Shown: positions 40,511 to 53,812 of the stretch, piece by piece | How positions within the stretch are numbered: the stretch's first letter is position 1 | Layout of the letters: the number at the start of each line of letters is the position of its first letter | Origin: the human T2T-CHM13v2.0 reference genome, Homo sapiens | Strand: one strand, 5' to 3' | Length of the DNA stretch: 64,000 bases | Assembly (NCBI RefSeq): GCF_009914755.1 | Contig: NC_060928.1 | Position numbers and translations under genes: made by a program | Notes under the pieces: generated by a model | What the model saw: only the letters and a program-made list of their open reading frames with translations | Databases searched by the model: none | Told to the model about the DNA's origin: nothing

Positions 40511-42769
40511 GTCATCATCGTAAAGTCGTCCATAGGCTGGTTGTGACTGTTGTGGCACAGCACAGTCCCAATTTTCATAATATTAGTCAGAGATAGTAAA
40601 GTTATACACAAGCCTACAGAAATATGCAATCAACATATTAGAATTTCATCCCACTGATGGGTAGGATTCCCCAGATAAGTATTCTTCTTTATTGAAATAT
40701 AATAAATATTAAAGTACTTTTTAAAGCAATTTTATATATTCAATGTGATAAACTAGGAAAAAAAACAAACAGGCGAAGGAAGCTGGTTCCGCATTGGTTG
40801 ACCTCACTGCGCTGTGAGAAACAGGGAGTGTCTCTCCTCTGCTATCTGAGACCTGTCAACATCACAGCTAAAACCTGAATTACAAGAAGTAATAGGGGAG
40901 AAATGAATTAGCCCAGGCTTCTGGCTGGATTTTCTCCATCGCGGGGCCGTCTTAAGTGTTCTGACATTTGTTAGCTCATTTCTTCATTTGTGGCAATTAC
41001 ATCTGGTTACTGATGTCCTGAGCCCAAATACGTTAGCCCTAGCTCAGCCAGGTTGCCATCTCCCTGGTCCTGGAAGTTCCCACATAAGGATGTTGAATGT
41101 GTCTCACTTCTTCATCTTCCACAAGAGAGAATCTGATGGAAGTACTAGACTGCAGGCCATACTGTTATATTCTCCAGGAGATGTACTAGAAAATGCTTTG
41201 CAGATAAATGGGTGGGCTCTTAGAGCCCAGCAGAAGGGAGGGGACTTGCATTTTTCTACCTTTCTGGCTGGCAGCTTTGCTTGGCCCAAAATCAGGTTAC
41301 CTGGAAAGTAGCAACAGGGCGCGAAATCTAAAAACAAAACAAAACGAATACACTGTCTGGAAATGGAAGGCTGCTTTGTACTTTGGGTTTTATAATAAGT
41401 TTGAATAGTTATTTTCTGCCGGGCCCATTTTTCTCTCTAAATTGAAAAGAATCTGGCATCTCAGAGACAAATAAAAAGTTCCACGTGCTAATATGGCAGA
41501 AGAACACCATCTTTAGAGACTCGTCTGAAATTCACACACAGAATAAATGAAACACCAGTATAATATAATCTAGAATTATTGATAACAAAAGTCACTGTCC
41601 CTTTCTGGATCTTGGTCTTCTTATCGAAAATGGGATTTTGAGAAGTCCACAGCTAAGCATCCAAGAGTGGTTATGAAAATTTTGTCAGTGGCCATACTTG
41701 TATGAATTTTCTGAATAGACAGTTCATCAACTTCCTTAAATGACCAAAGGCATCAGTGACTAAAAATGTGTAAGAAATATCCGGTCAGATGACCTCAACC
41801 CTCCATATTTTTCCAGCTCTAGCATTCAATAATTATAGATACTATACTATGTGCCTGTTTTGAATCCTTCTTTTAACCACTGTTATTAAGGATTTGTTGG
41901 TCTAAATGCTACGTTAAGTACAAACAGAAAATTAGCATATATAGTTTGCTATGCATATCTCATGGATTTTAATAGAATCTAGTAATTGATTCATAAAAGG
42001 ATACAGAAAAGATAAATTATGGAAAAAATAAAGGCTATAGCAGAAGTGAACAAATACATAATAATTCTTAGTCTTTTTTTTTCTGTTTGCAGCAAATGAT
42101 TAATTAGTGGGATTGTTTCTATTGATGCCTTCAAAGCTATGAAAAATTCTCAACATGTTACCTATGATTTTACTTTTCATTTCATTCCAGAAAGTATATT
42201 AAAGTGGGTGAAAAACAGTGGGTCAATAATCTTAAAAAGTTTTATATATCATGTTGTAATCCTCACATATATCTTGCTTAAATATTCTTGTCTAATTATA
42301 GCAGCATGGGCTAATTGTTCTTAAGCCCTAAATGGAATGGCAAAATAGTGATTTATAGATGTATTCTGATAAGATATAATTAGGTTTAAGAAAATGGCAT
42401 GCTTTCATTATCTTAAATGATATAATAATTTACGGACATAATTTGGTTTGACAATATATAGCATCGTATTGCCAGATTAGACAAACTGGTACCTTTAGAA
42501 GTACATATAAATTTTAATGTTTTATATTAGAACGAGATAAGAGAAAACCTAGTTGAATAAATTACAAAGAAAACATGAACATCAATTCAACCTTCATGAA
42601 GAAAAGGTTTGGGTTTGGGTTTCTGGGGGGTTGTTTGGCGTTCTTTGGTTTTGTTTTGTTCTGTCTTTAAAATAACTGAAGGATATTTTTTTTTTTTTAG
42701 TCCTAAAACCAACACTCTATGAAAATCAAATATGACCTTATTATTCTCCTGATCTGAGTCCCCAGTAAG

Positions 42770-42912
42770 TAATGTTCTCAATCTTGGCTATGCCTTTAAA
42801 AAAAAAGTACTGATACATGAAACCTGTTGCCAGAGACTCTGATCTGACTGGTCTAAGGATGTTTTAAAGCTCCCAGGTGATTCTAATGTGTAGCCATGCT
42901 TAAGAACCACTG
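42770..42912. mobile_element. MER5B (hAT-Charlie)
   Basis: TTTTAAAGCTCCCAGGTGATTCTAATGTGTAGCCATGCTTAAGAACCACTG. Confidence 0.8.
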
Positions 42913-43299
42913 CCTTAAAGAAATGAGAGTTTTTGGAGGATGGCTGATGCCACGTTTGCAGTCAGCAACATCAAGACAGGCCTAGAATGTTCTGGGTTGC
43001 CAAAAAGCAAGGATAATTTCAAAAGTATCTGAGATAGGGCTAAAATGTAGAAGGAATCCAACTTAAAAGAACTTTCAAAATTGCTGCCATTTGAGTATTA
43101 AATAGAAAACAAATAGTCAATTGGAGTAAGCAGAATTTATAAAAACCACTAAGTCTGTAATAATACTTACAAAAGCTGTGTATGTTGAGGAGGAATACAG
43201 ATATAAAACTGTGCTAACGGAAAGCTGTGTTTCCAGTAATATTTATAGAAGACACTACATATTAATCAATCTAAATTATTTATTCAAAGTTTCCTAGAT

Positions 43300-44530
43300 T
43301 CCTTATTCATCAAGTATTTGGATGCCTACTGTGTAGCACGTATTGTTTTACCTGCTACAGGTATTGTTTTGCCTGCTACAGGTATTGTTTTGCCTGCTAC
43401 ACAGTAGGACACAGAAGACACAAGAGATACATTGTTGACTTCAAGCAATGCATATTCTAGCTGGAGAAGACTGGGCTGACAGACATATATAATAACATAT
43501 CAGTGAATGCCATGAAGAAAAGTAGCCCCAGGGTATGAGGATAGAGAGGTAGGAAAGTGTGAGACCATTAAAGAGATCACTACTGGGAATGCCTCTAAAA
43601 GTTTAATAGTGAACAACGACTGAGTAATGTGAGGGAGGCAGAATATTCCAGGCTGAGGGACTGCAAGTGCAAAGGCCCTGTGGTATGAATGGTCATCAAG
43701 AATACCAGCATGGCTGAAGCAACAAATTGAGATCAGAAGGGTGGCCCCTGGCCAGATCACATACAGGACATTGGAGGGACAGGGTCTGGCTGCTGCACAG
43801 ATGTGGATCATAGGAGGGGACAGCCATGGAAACAAGATTAACTGGGAGACTAGTTGGGAGTCGAGACATTAGCGCAGATAAGGTGGAAAGTGGTTAGATT
43901 CAGGACTTATTTTTTGAAGTAGCGTTCAGAAGATTTTTTTGATGGATTGGGAGTAGCATATGGGAGAAAGGAGAAAATCAGGGATGAATCAAGTTTTTGT
44001 CTTGCATGACTGGTAAAGAGCAGTGCCCTTTCCTGAGCTAGAGAGACTGAAGAAGAAGTGTATTTGAGGTGGATGGAGCAGGAAGAATCAGTAATTTACT
44101 CTGGACACATTAAATTTGACATGCATATTAAATATCCCAGTGTTGGGGGGACAGTGGGATATTTCACAGTTAAGCTCGGGGACATGCTGGCTTTAGAAAC
44201 AGAAATTAGAGACCCATCAGCACATACATAGTTTTTAATGCCATGGTGCCAAATAAGAACCTAGATAGAAATCAGAGAAGAGGCTTGAGGACTAAACCAG
44301 GAGGTACCACCAGTTAGAGGCCAAGATGAGTTAGAGGAATAAAACAAGAGCCATTAAGATAGAGGAGTCAATACACAGGAAGAAAATCAGAAAAGCGTTT
44401 TCCAGGAAGTCAGGTTGCATTTCAAAGGAGAGAGTGGGTAAACTTAAAAAATGCTGACGAGGACCAAATAAGATGCAGACTGGGAGGAGCACGTTGGATC
44501 TGGCCACATGAAGGTATTCCTGTAAGAAGA
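43300..44530 (-). mobile_element. Long L2 fragment
   Basis: ATTCATCAAGTATTTGGATGCCTACTGTG terminus; ATTCCAGGCTGAGGGACTGCAAGTGCAAAGGCCCTG; GGACACATTAAATTTGACATGC. Confidence 0.8.
43340..43402. repeat. 21-bp tandem repeat x3 (GTATTGTTTTRCCTGCTACAG)
   Basis: Seen directly. Confidence 0.92.
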
Positions 44531-44546
44531 CCAAAGAAATGCGGTA

Positions 44547-45014
<468 letters not shown>

Positions 45015-45814
45015 AGAAATGAGGTAGTAGCTGAGGAGAAATATGAGACATCTCTGATTCTAATTGGCAATCAGAGAAGGGTACTTTTAAATATAATGTA
45101 TATATTGTTTACTAAATTTAAGTAAATATAGTTAATCCTCACCATTCGCACTAGACCTGGGGTAGGGTAGAACAATATAAACTACCTTTTCTACATTAGA
45201 AAAATTACCTAGGGCTAAAATAGCTACAAATTCACATGCTTTGGCTTTTGTATTCTAGCTGATCAAAGCAATTAGGCAGTAAGCTAAGCTATCCAACAAG
45301 CCACATATGCACAAGAACTAATATAAATGTGATTGAAATTATTGCAAATAATTAGAATCTCTAGAAGAGGGGAAAATACTAAAAATACCATCATTTGGTC
45401 AATAAATCATATATCAGTTTAAATCCACTGTGTGCCTCCAGGAGGGCCACAGCACATATGGACCTAGAAAGCCTGACTCTGAAAAGATAGAGTGAGTCAG
45501 AACTCCTGGGAGCCAAGAATACTATTTCTAGACCCAAGTGTTTTAGAATTGAGATCTGCTTCAGTTCTTGGATCTTCTGAAGCTGAATCTATTTGAAAAT
45601 GTCAAATAGAAACAAAACAATCCTATTTGACATTTTTAAAAGTCATACAAAATAAGAGGTTGCAGTTATAAAATAAAAATTCAACAACATCAGCAATAAA
45701 GTCAATGAATGAATGGAAGACCCCTACCTTGTGATTTACAAATTTGCAAAGTTAAAGGAAACCCAACTTGGTGACCTTCCATTCTTGCTCTCATTAAGCT
45801 CAGCGTTTCCTTAG

Positions 45815-46090
45815 AAGGCAATATTGTTAAGTTTGTGAGCACAGACCTTGAAGGTAGTTTGCCCAGGTTCAAATCCCACTCCCACTTCCTCTTGGCTGTG
45901 TAACCTTGGATAACTTGTTTTCCAATCTCCGTGCCTTTGTTTGACCAGCTGTGCAGGATGGGTGGGTAATGAAAACGATCTCAAAGGGTTGTTGTGAAGA
46001 GCACATGAATGAATCATGTGTAGTGTTTGAACAGAGCCTGGCCTGTGATCAGCTCTAGGAAAATGTTTTCAGTGATCCCCGTTATTTTTG
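45815..46090 (+). mobile_element. MIR, near full length
   Basis: GAGCACAGACCTTG...GGTTCAAATCCCACTCCCACTT...CTGTGTAACCTTGG...GGTTGTTGTGAAGA. Confidence 0.8.
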
Positions 46091-46310
46091 TTTTGATATA
46101 TTTATTATGGTGTAAATACAAAACATACAATTATCGGTCAAATTCCCCATTTTTAGCTTTGTATTAAGTCAAAAGAGAAAATATTTCATTTATTATCTCT
46201 TTCTCACTCCTCCCCAACCCCAGCCAGTCAGTGCACAGTCAATAGCAAGATCAAAGGAAGGAGCATTGAGAGACCTTTGGTTCTGATACCTTCTGTAGAC
46301 TTTAAGGCCC

Positions 46311-46720
46311 TTATATGGCTTGGATCTATGTTCCCACCCAAATCTCATGTTGAACTATAATCCCTGATGTTGGAGGTGGATCCTGGTGGGAGGTGATTGG
46401 ATCATGGGGGTGGATCCTTCATAAATGGTTTGGCGTCATCCCCTTGGTGTTGTTTTTGTGATAGAGTTCTCACAAGATTTGGTTAAGTTTGTGGGACCTC
46501 CCCACTCTCTTGCTCTCACTCCTGCCGTTTGAGAGGTATCACTCCCCCTTTGCCTTTCACCATGATTGTAAGTTTCCTGAGGGCTCCCCAGAAGCATAGC
46601 CGATGCCAGTATCATGCTTCCTGTACAGCCTGCAGAACAGTGAGCCAATTAAACCTCTTTTCTTTATAAATTACCCAGTCTCAGGTATTTCTATATAGCA
46701 ATGAGAGAATAAACTAATAA
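46311..46720 (+). mobile_element. MaLR solo LTR, MSTA-like
   Basis: CCCACCCAAATCTCATGTTGAA...GGTGGGAGGTGATTGGATCATGGGGG...CCAATTAAACCTCTTTTCTTTATAAATTACCCAGTCTCAGG...AACTAATA. Confidence 0.92.
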
Positions 46721-46939
46721 GCCCTATTACTCCCTCAGTCCATATTTAATTGTTTTATTTTTCGCTCTCTTGGGAAACAGATAGAATTAATAAGTGCAGT
46801 GGGACTGCAGTTTATTATACCAATGTATGTTATATGAAGATCTTGGCTTATCTTTCTCATAGCAATAAATATCTGATATTTTAAAAATAGAAATTACAAA
46901 ATTTCTCTTTTAAAAATTGTGGAAAATCAGTAAGAATGA

Positions 46940-47440
46940 TTTATCAAGTAACAGAATCCTCAGCTAAAAATTGATTTGTTTAAAAAGAGGACTTCTTTTC
47001 TAATGTCACAAGATGTTGGGATATAGAGGGGGGCTTCAGGGTTGATTAATTGATTAACTCAGTACCATCATAGGGGAAGCAAGTTCTATTTTGCTCTCCA
47101 ACTATCCCATCATCACTATGCACATTCACAGGTAAAAAAGGAAATTATTTACTCATTGTATTTTTGAAAGCTAGGAAACCTTTCCCAGAGTACCTCTCAG
47201 CCAACTTGTCCTCACATCTCATGGACCAAAATTAGACTGTTGGCACCTTCTAAAAGTGAAAAATAATTACAGGCAAAATGATTGGTTGAAACTAAGTGTG
47301 CCTTTGTCACTGCTCGAAGAGTCACTTTCCATGGTCCCATTGCTACAAAGAAGAGGTTGAACACCTGAATAAGAGCAGGTCTGCATCTGCAGAGAAGAAA
47401 TGGGAGGCATGGACTTAGTTAGACCACGAAAAGGTTCTTT
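46940..47440 (-). mobile_element. Old MaLR LTR (MLT1J/K/L-like), degraded
   Basis: AAGTAACAGAATCC, GGAAACCTTTCCCAGA...CCTCACATCTCATGGACCAAAA. Confidence 0.5.
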
Positions 47441-47997
47441 ACAGTTGGTGAGCTCCTAAATGTTGCTGGTCAAGAACAAAGATATATGCTTTCTGAAACC
47501 CCATTATGTGGGATGGTGGAGTTAAACCTCACCAGTCAGTCATATTGCCCTAAGAGAAGTCAAAGGAGGTATTGTAGTATCTCCTTTGTTGTGAAGCCTT
47601 TACCTTGGTTGAGGGAAAATCTTCTTGGTCACTACCACCAAAAGTAAGGCCTCCATGTGCCTTGAATATTTGGAAATCACTCCTGGTGTTGGTAAGTACT
47701 TAGTACCACCTGCCCTCGAAAAGATGTAAAACAGCCACATCTTTATAACTAATTATTACCACTATATTACTTGTGGTTTGGGCCACCAAGATTGAGAACC
47801 AGTAGACTAGATATCCCTATACTTTCTTCTGACCTCAGAATTCAATTATTCCCTAACATCAAAATACATAATTACACTCTTAAATTCTCACAGAAAAAAA
47901 ACCCTGTAGATTGATTATTGCCATTTTTTGTATTATCCTATCATACTTCATTTTTATTTCTAAATGCTTACGGTGATCAAGGTACCCTTAGCCAAGC

Positions 47998-48216
47998 CAG
48001 CGTTTCCCACAGAATGTCAGTATTCTGGTGCTTGGATCAAATAAGTTTCACAGGTTAAGACAGGTACTTTGTGGGGTCTTTCATATGCTACCTGCTTCAT
48101 GACCTGCTGAGGGAGGCACACGTACCCACAGATAAACTTACTTGAGGAAGAAACCCTTTTTACACAGAGCATCCCCTGGGCATAGTGGTCCTCAGAAAAC
48201 ACTTTGGGAAACACTG
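47998..48216. mobile_element. hAT-Charlie-type MITE
   Basis: Terminal inverted repeats CAGCGTTTCCCA / TGGGAAACACTG. Confidence 0.65.
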
Positions 48217-48264
48217 AGAACATTTCTTTGCATGTGAGATGGTGCATTGAAAATTTTAACGTGG

Positions 48265-48590
48265 GGCCAGGTGCGGTGGCTCATGCCTATAATCCAAACA
48301 CCTTGGGAGGCCAAAGCAGGGGGATCATTTGAGGCTAGAAATTCAAGACCAATCTGGCCAACAGGGTAGGACCTCATATGTACAAAGAAGTTAGAAAAAA
48401 AAATTAGCTGGGTGTGGTGGCACACGCCTGTAGTCCCAGCTACTTGGGAGGCTGGGGTGAGAGGATCACTTGAAGCCTGGGAGGTGGAGGCTGCAATGAG
48501 CTATGTTCACACCACTGCACTCCAACCTGGGTATCAGAATGACAGAGCAAGATGCTATCTCAAAAAGAAAGAAAGACAGAAAAAGAAAAC
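48265..48590 (+). mobile_element. AluJ
   Basis: GGATCATTTGAGGCTAG, GGATCACTTGAAGCCTGGGAGGTGGAGGCTGCAATGAGCTATG. Confidence 0.92.
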
Positions 48591-49259
48591 CTCAGGCTCA
48601 CTGGAGGAACAGATGACTCAGAGCCATGATGGCAGACCAGACCATCCTATCCTATAGGTGGTTTGACAGTTCAGGAAGAAGCCAACCTTGTGTCTGTGAC
48701 CAGTATATATTTTCTTGCTTTCTCCTCCTTTTAAGAACACACTAAAGTAAGTGAAATCCATTCCTCCCTCCATAGGCCAGCTCTTTCTGTTAAAATGTGG
48801 ATGTGATTGATGCTGGAGTTCTTTTTTTATGAAAATTTAAATATTTATAAATATATGCAACATAACACCATTCTTATTTGTTTACCTTTTATTTTTTCAA
48901 TGCATATTTATTGAGAACCATCTATGCAAAAAAAGTAGAGCAAAGACAAATAAAATATATTTATTGCCTGTGAGATTCTAGTTTAGGAAACTTCGCAAAG
49001 TTTTAAAATCTACAAAGAGATAAATTTTCATTTCTATTGAAGTTCTCAGAAGCAATGAACTCAAGATTAATACCAACTAATTGTTTTACAGCACTTTGAA
49101 AAATACATTCACAGATAATTCTTTAAGATTTTGCTGGCATATTCCAGTGGGAAAAAGAACTGAGGGTTACCAATATTTGCCCATTTTCTTAATTATACGT
49201 GGTAGAGCAGGGTCTGGAACCTTCAGTTTAATCCCACACTTTGAGAACCACTACTGTAT

Positions 49260-49570
49260 ACATTATTCTTTACTTCATTCTTTCACTTAAGATTCTACTA
49301 TGTTGGTCACCTCAGCAGTAGAGAAGCTCTATTTCTTTTTGTAGCTGCATAGTACTCCATTGTGATGATATACCAGAGTTTGTCCCACCAGTTCAAATGT
49401 TGCACATTTGAGCTGTTTAAGTGTTTAGATGTTACACATAGTACTGCAGTGAATAGCCTTGTGTCTATTTCTTTTACTAGTCTTGCTAATCTAGTACTAT
49501 TGGGATACATTCCTCAAACTGGGAATTCTGAGATACAGGATAAATGCATATGTAAATACTTAACTTCCTC
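49260..49570 (-). mobile_element. Old L1M (L1ME-like) 3' fragment
   Basis: GCTGCATAGTACTCCATTGTG...TGCAGTGAATAGCCTTGTG...GGGATACATTCC. Confidence 0.65.
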
Positions 49571-49739
49571 TTAGCTGGTGATTCAAAATAGTTTATAAAT
49601 ATTATACTTTTATGGAAAAAATCCATTATTCCTAAATTCATGTTTCTTTAATAATTCAAGACAAAGAGATCCTATCCCAAACAACAAAGTAACTACAATT
49701 AGGCTGAAACGATTGTAAAATGCTGTTTTATCTGTATTG

Positions 49740-49910
49740 GGTATGCAGTGAGATTCTTCACTGGGTAGAAATGACCCAAGACGTCTTGTACCACTGGCAT
49801 CTTTCCACTAAATGTCAGGACCTCCTATCAATCATTGGGACAACAAAAATGTACCCACAAATTTCCAAAATGCCCTAGTGGGCAGTACCAACTCTATTGA
49901 TGGCGCTGGC
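49740..49910. mobile_element. MER20-like hAT relic
   Basis: GACAACAAAAATGTACCCACAAATTTCCAAAATGCCCTAGTGGGCAG. Confidence 0.55.
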
Positions 49911-50276
49911 TTGGCAAATGCTTGACTTGTAAGTACTTAATAGATATTGGTGATATGATGCTTACTATTTTTCTTAGTGCCCCCACAGATAATAATAGGA
50001 TCACACTTATTCCTCATACAGATGATGCCTGACTCCACTGTTCATCAGTCACATGGTCATCAACAACCTTTGAAAATAACTAATGTCTCTACAGTTAGTC
50101 CATTGCATGGTTTTATGTAAAGGCTCAGTTTACATTTTTAAACTTGAAGAAATTATACTACTATTCATGTGTAACAAGCTAACAAAATGTACAATAAAAA
50201 TGAAGGAAGCATCTATGTTTGGATTAAAATGTACTGATTTTAAGAGCAATATTCCGAAGTGGTTAAGAGTCTAGAC

Positions 50277-50622
50277 CAGAGCTATCATTAGAAATATAAT
50301 CTTAGGCACATACATAATTTAAAATTTTCTAGTAATCACATTAAAGAAGTAAAAAGAAACCAATTTTAATAAAGTAATATATGGATTATATTGTCTATTA
50401 ATTAAATTAATTATAATATGCCGTTAACCCAATATATCCAAAATATTATTTAAGCATGTAATCAATATAAAAGTTATTGATGAGATATAGTACATTGCTG
50501 TTCTTACTAAGTGAAGTCCTGTGTCTGTTTTACACATGTAGTACCTACCTCAATTCCGATCAGCCATATTTTAATTGCTCAGTAGCCCTCCATGGCTCTG
50601 CCTACAACACTGACTAGCACAA
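50277..50622. mobile_element. MER33 (hAT-Charlie) inserted into a MIR
   Basis: TAGAAATATAAT...ATAATTTAAAATTTTCTAGTAATCACATTAAAGAAGTAAAAAGAAAC; GTCTAG on both flanks. Confidence 0.85.
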
Positions 50623-50639
50623 GTCTAGTTGCACGTAAA

Positions 50640-50860
50640 TAAGACTTCCTGGGTTTGAATCCCAGATCTCCCATCTACTAGCTATGTACCTTGGACTATT
50701 TTTCTTAACTTCTCTGTGCCTTCAGTTGGTAATCTGTAAAATCAGAGTCATAAAAATAGAGTCTACATCAAAAGGCTTTGGGAGAATTAAATGAGATAAC
50801 ATGTATAAAATACTCAGAACTGACACAAAGTAAGTCCTCATTAGAGGGTAATCAATATTA
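50640..50860 (+). mobile_element. MIR (5' piece at ~50258-50270 split off by MER33)
   Basis: CCTGGGTTTGAATCCCAG...ACTAGCTATGTACCTTGG...CTTAACTTCTCTGTGCCTTCAG...ATCTGTAAAAT. Confidence 0.85.
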
Positions 50861-53026
50861 TACAGGCTTAACTTATGTATGCAGAGTTTATCAAAACAAT
50901 AACAGAAAAATATGAAAAGCTGGGGTGAAAACAAGAAATTTCATCAGTTGATATCATAACACATATGAATTCTCCTTTCTCCACCCCACCTCTGGGTCCG
51001 CTCCCCCAATACCTCACCAACAAAAACTGTTTCTCAGAATATTTCTTTCGGTTTGGGATTATTAGCACATATTCTTGCCAACTTTGGTGGATAAGCAGAA
51101 GCGCAGAATGTACTAGTCTTTTAGCCCCTCCTGATACTGAGTCTTAGAGCTTTGATTTGATTTTGATCCCTTAGCACATATCATGTGTTAAGGGATGTAT
51201 GGATTTGAATCTAGAAGTTGCCTGCTGACTTCTAAGTAAACAGGAATTTATGCAGACAAGATCATTCACATAATTATTTCATTGTCGAGCCCCTTGCTGA
51301 ATGGCACATTAGAAGTATGTGAATGATCTAGGAATTGAATGTGGATGCACAATTATTGGCAGGTCCCCATGTAATAGGAGTTCTGTCTTTATTTCTTTGT
51401 CCATGAGAAACTTTTTCATGTCAGAGAGAAAATTGCAGGAGATGATCACGGGGTATAAAAATGTCCTAGTAGAGATATTTTAAGTTTTTCTTTTATTCTA
51501 TACATAACAGACATTCTTTTACTTTCAACCTGATGCTTCCATTTTCTATTTTTTAGTGATGCTGATAGGCACTGTAAGTAAACCAGATAATAGACTCTTA
51601 AAGTTTCTGTGTGCAAATTGAAAGAGCACATTATAGTGCCTGCCTTTCCTGAGGTCTTGCAGTCTAACCAATGTGGTATATGAATACGACACCAGTGGAA
51701 GTTATAACAATAGTTTCTGTCAGCCTGTCTGAGATGGTTAGAGAATAGCTGTAGGGAATAGCACAGTAACCTAGAAATGTCCAGATTCTTCTGGCCCCTT
51801 TTATTGTGATAAATCTCTTGTGAACTTTGCAGAGGTATTGTTTGCATCTGGTATATCTCTGTCTAGAATGTGTATCTATTCCTCCTTACTGAACGATGTG
51901 GCACAAAAACCAATTCAATCGTATTTAAAAAAAATAAAACATTGTGCAGGAGGGGAGTAGAGATAATGTATTTGAGTAAGATGAATTAACTTCTTTCTAT
52001 ACCTTCGCGGGATAACATATGAATAGTGCAAGATTGTATGTTTAAAAATCTTAAACAGTGTTCTCTTCTTATAGCAGAAAAATGCCTCTTCTGGATGCTG
52101 GTTTACTGCAAGATACATCAGATAACTTGCTAACTGAGAACACTGGGCTGTGCATTCGACATAATATTGTGTTTTTCCTTAATAAAAGGAAATAATCATA
52201 AATGCTGGCAAAATATTACATTCAGTTAAATATTTCTAAATGTATGTTTGAAAGAAATTAGTGAGGAGTATAAAAGAATGGAAGAATACAAGTCTGGAAA
52301 GACATGATGCCAATCTTTTATGAAATAACATTCAAAGATTTCCTGTGACCTTGGAATTGGATCTTTTTCTCCTCGGCATGAAACCTCTATAGCTGACTGC
52401 TTTTGGATCATACACCATGTGTGTACCCGTCACTGAAACTTTGTTTCTTCCACATAAGCAAAATGTCCTATGAAAAATTCAGTCTACCTAATTCTTCCAT
52501 GTCACCCAACGTTCAGTTTGAGTCCCATCTCACCCATTAAGTCTTCTCAAACCTCCATAGCTCATGATTATGTCTCTTTTTACCTCCTATAGTGGATTTT
52601 AGCCTAATTTGCTAAATTATTGTATGTCCAATGCCACAGCTAGTAAGAGATGAAAGCCAGGATTTGAATTCAGAATGAATCCAAGCTTACCAAGGGTTTG
52701 GTCGCAATGGAAATTGCATATTTAGGTTCATAAATGTAAGATGACTGTCAATTATTCCAGAGTTTCTAGGCTTACCTGGGTCAGCCTCGCATCTGTAATC
52801 TCACATTTTTTTTCTTTGTTTCACTCTATTAAATTGTAGTGGAATGTGTCCAGCTGGCCCTCTGGACATTCCTGAAGGCAAGGATTAGTTTTGCTTTTCA
52901 TCTTTGTATAGTCAGCAGTAGGAAACTGTAGCCCTTAGCTATGTGTTCATTAAAGGTCCAGTAAAACAGACACCACTTATGCATGGCCATAGTTTCTCCT
53001 TTAGTTCATATATATAAATAAAAATG

Positions 53027-53342
<316 letters not shown>

Positions 53343-53454
53343 AAATAAAAATGAAAATATATATATATATGTAATTCAGGCATCAGGATTCTCCTTAGAA
53401 AATCTGCATGCCCAAACCAAAAAAGTTCTAAATCATGTTGAAAGGGCTTGGATA

Positions 53455-53812
53455 CTATCTTCATCCATTGGGATGCTATAACAAAGTACCACAAACTGGG
53501 TGGCTTATAAACAACGGACATTTATTTCTCACGGTTCTGGAGATGGGAAGTCCGAGATCAAAACACCAGCCGATTCAGTGTCTGGTGAAGGCTTTCTTCC
53601 TCATAGGCTGTGCTGACTCACTCACTGTGTCCTCACACGGTGGAAGCGCAAAAGGGCTCCTTGCGGCCTCTTTTAGAAGGGCACTAATCCCATTCATGAA
53701 GGCAGAGCCCTTATGACCTAATTATCTCCCAAAGGCCCCACATCCTAATCCCATCACCTTGAGGGTTAAGGTTAAAACATATGAATTTGGGGGGATTCAA
53801 ACATTCAGCCAG
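53455..53812 (-). mobile_element. MaLR solo LTR, MLT1A-like
   Basis: GCTATAACAAAGTACCACAAACTGGGTGGCTTATAAACAAC...GGCACTAATCCCATTCATGA...AAACATTCAG. Confidence 0.9.

Noticed and set aside
43340-43402. Direct repeats as CRISPR-like array
   Set aside because: No spacers, eukaryotic context; simple tandem repeat.
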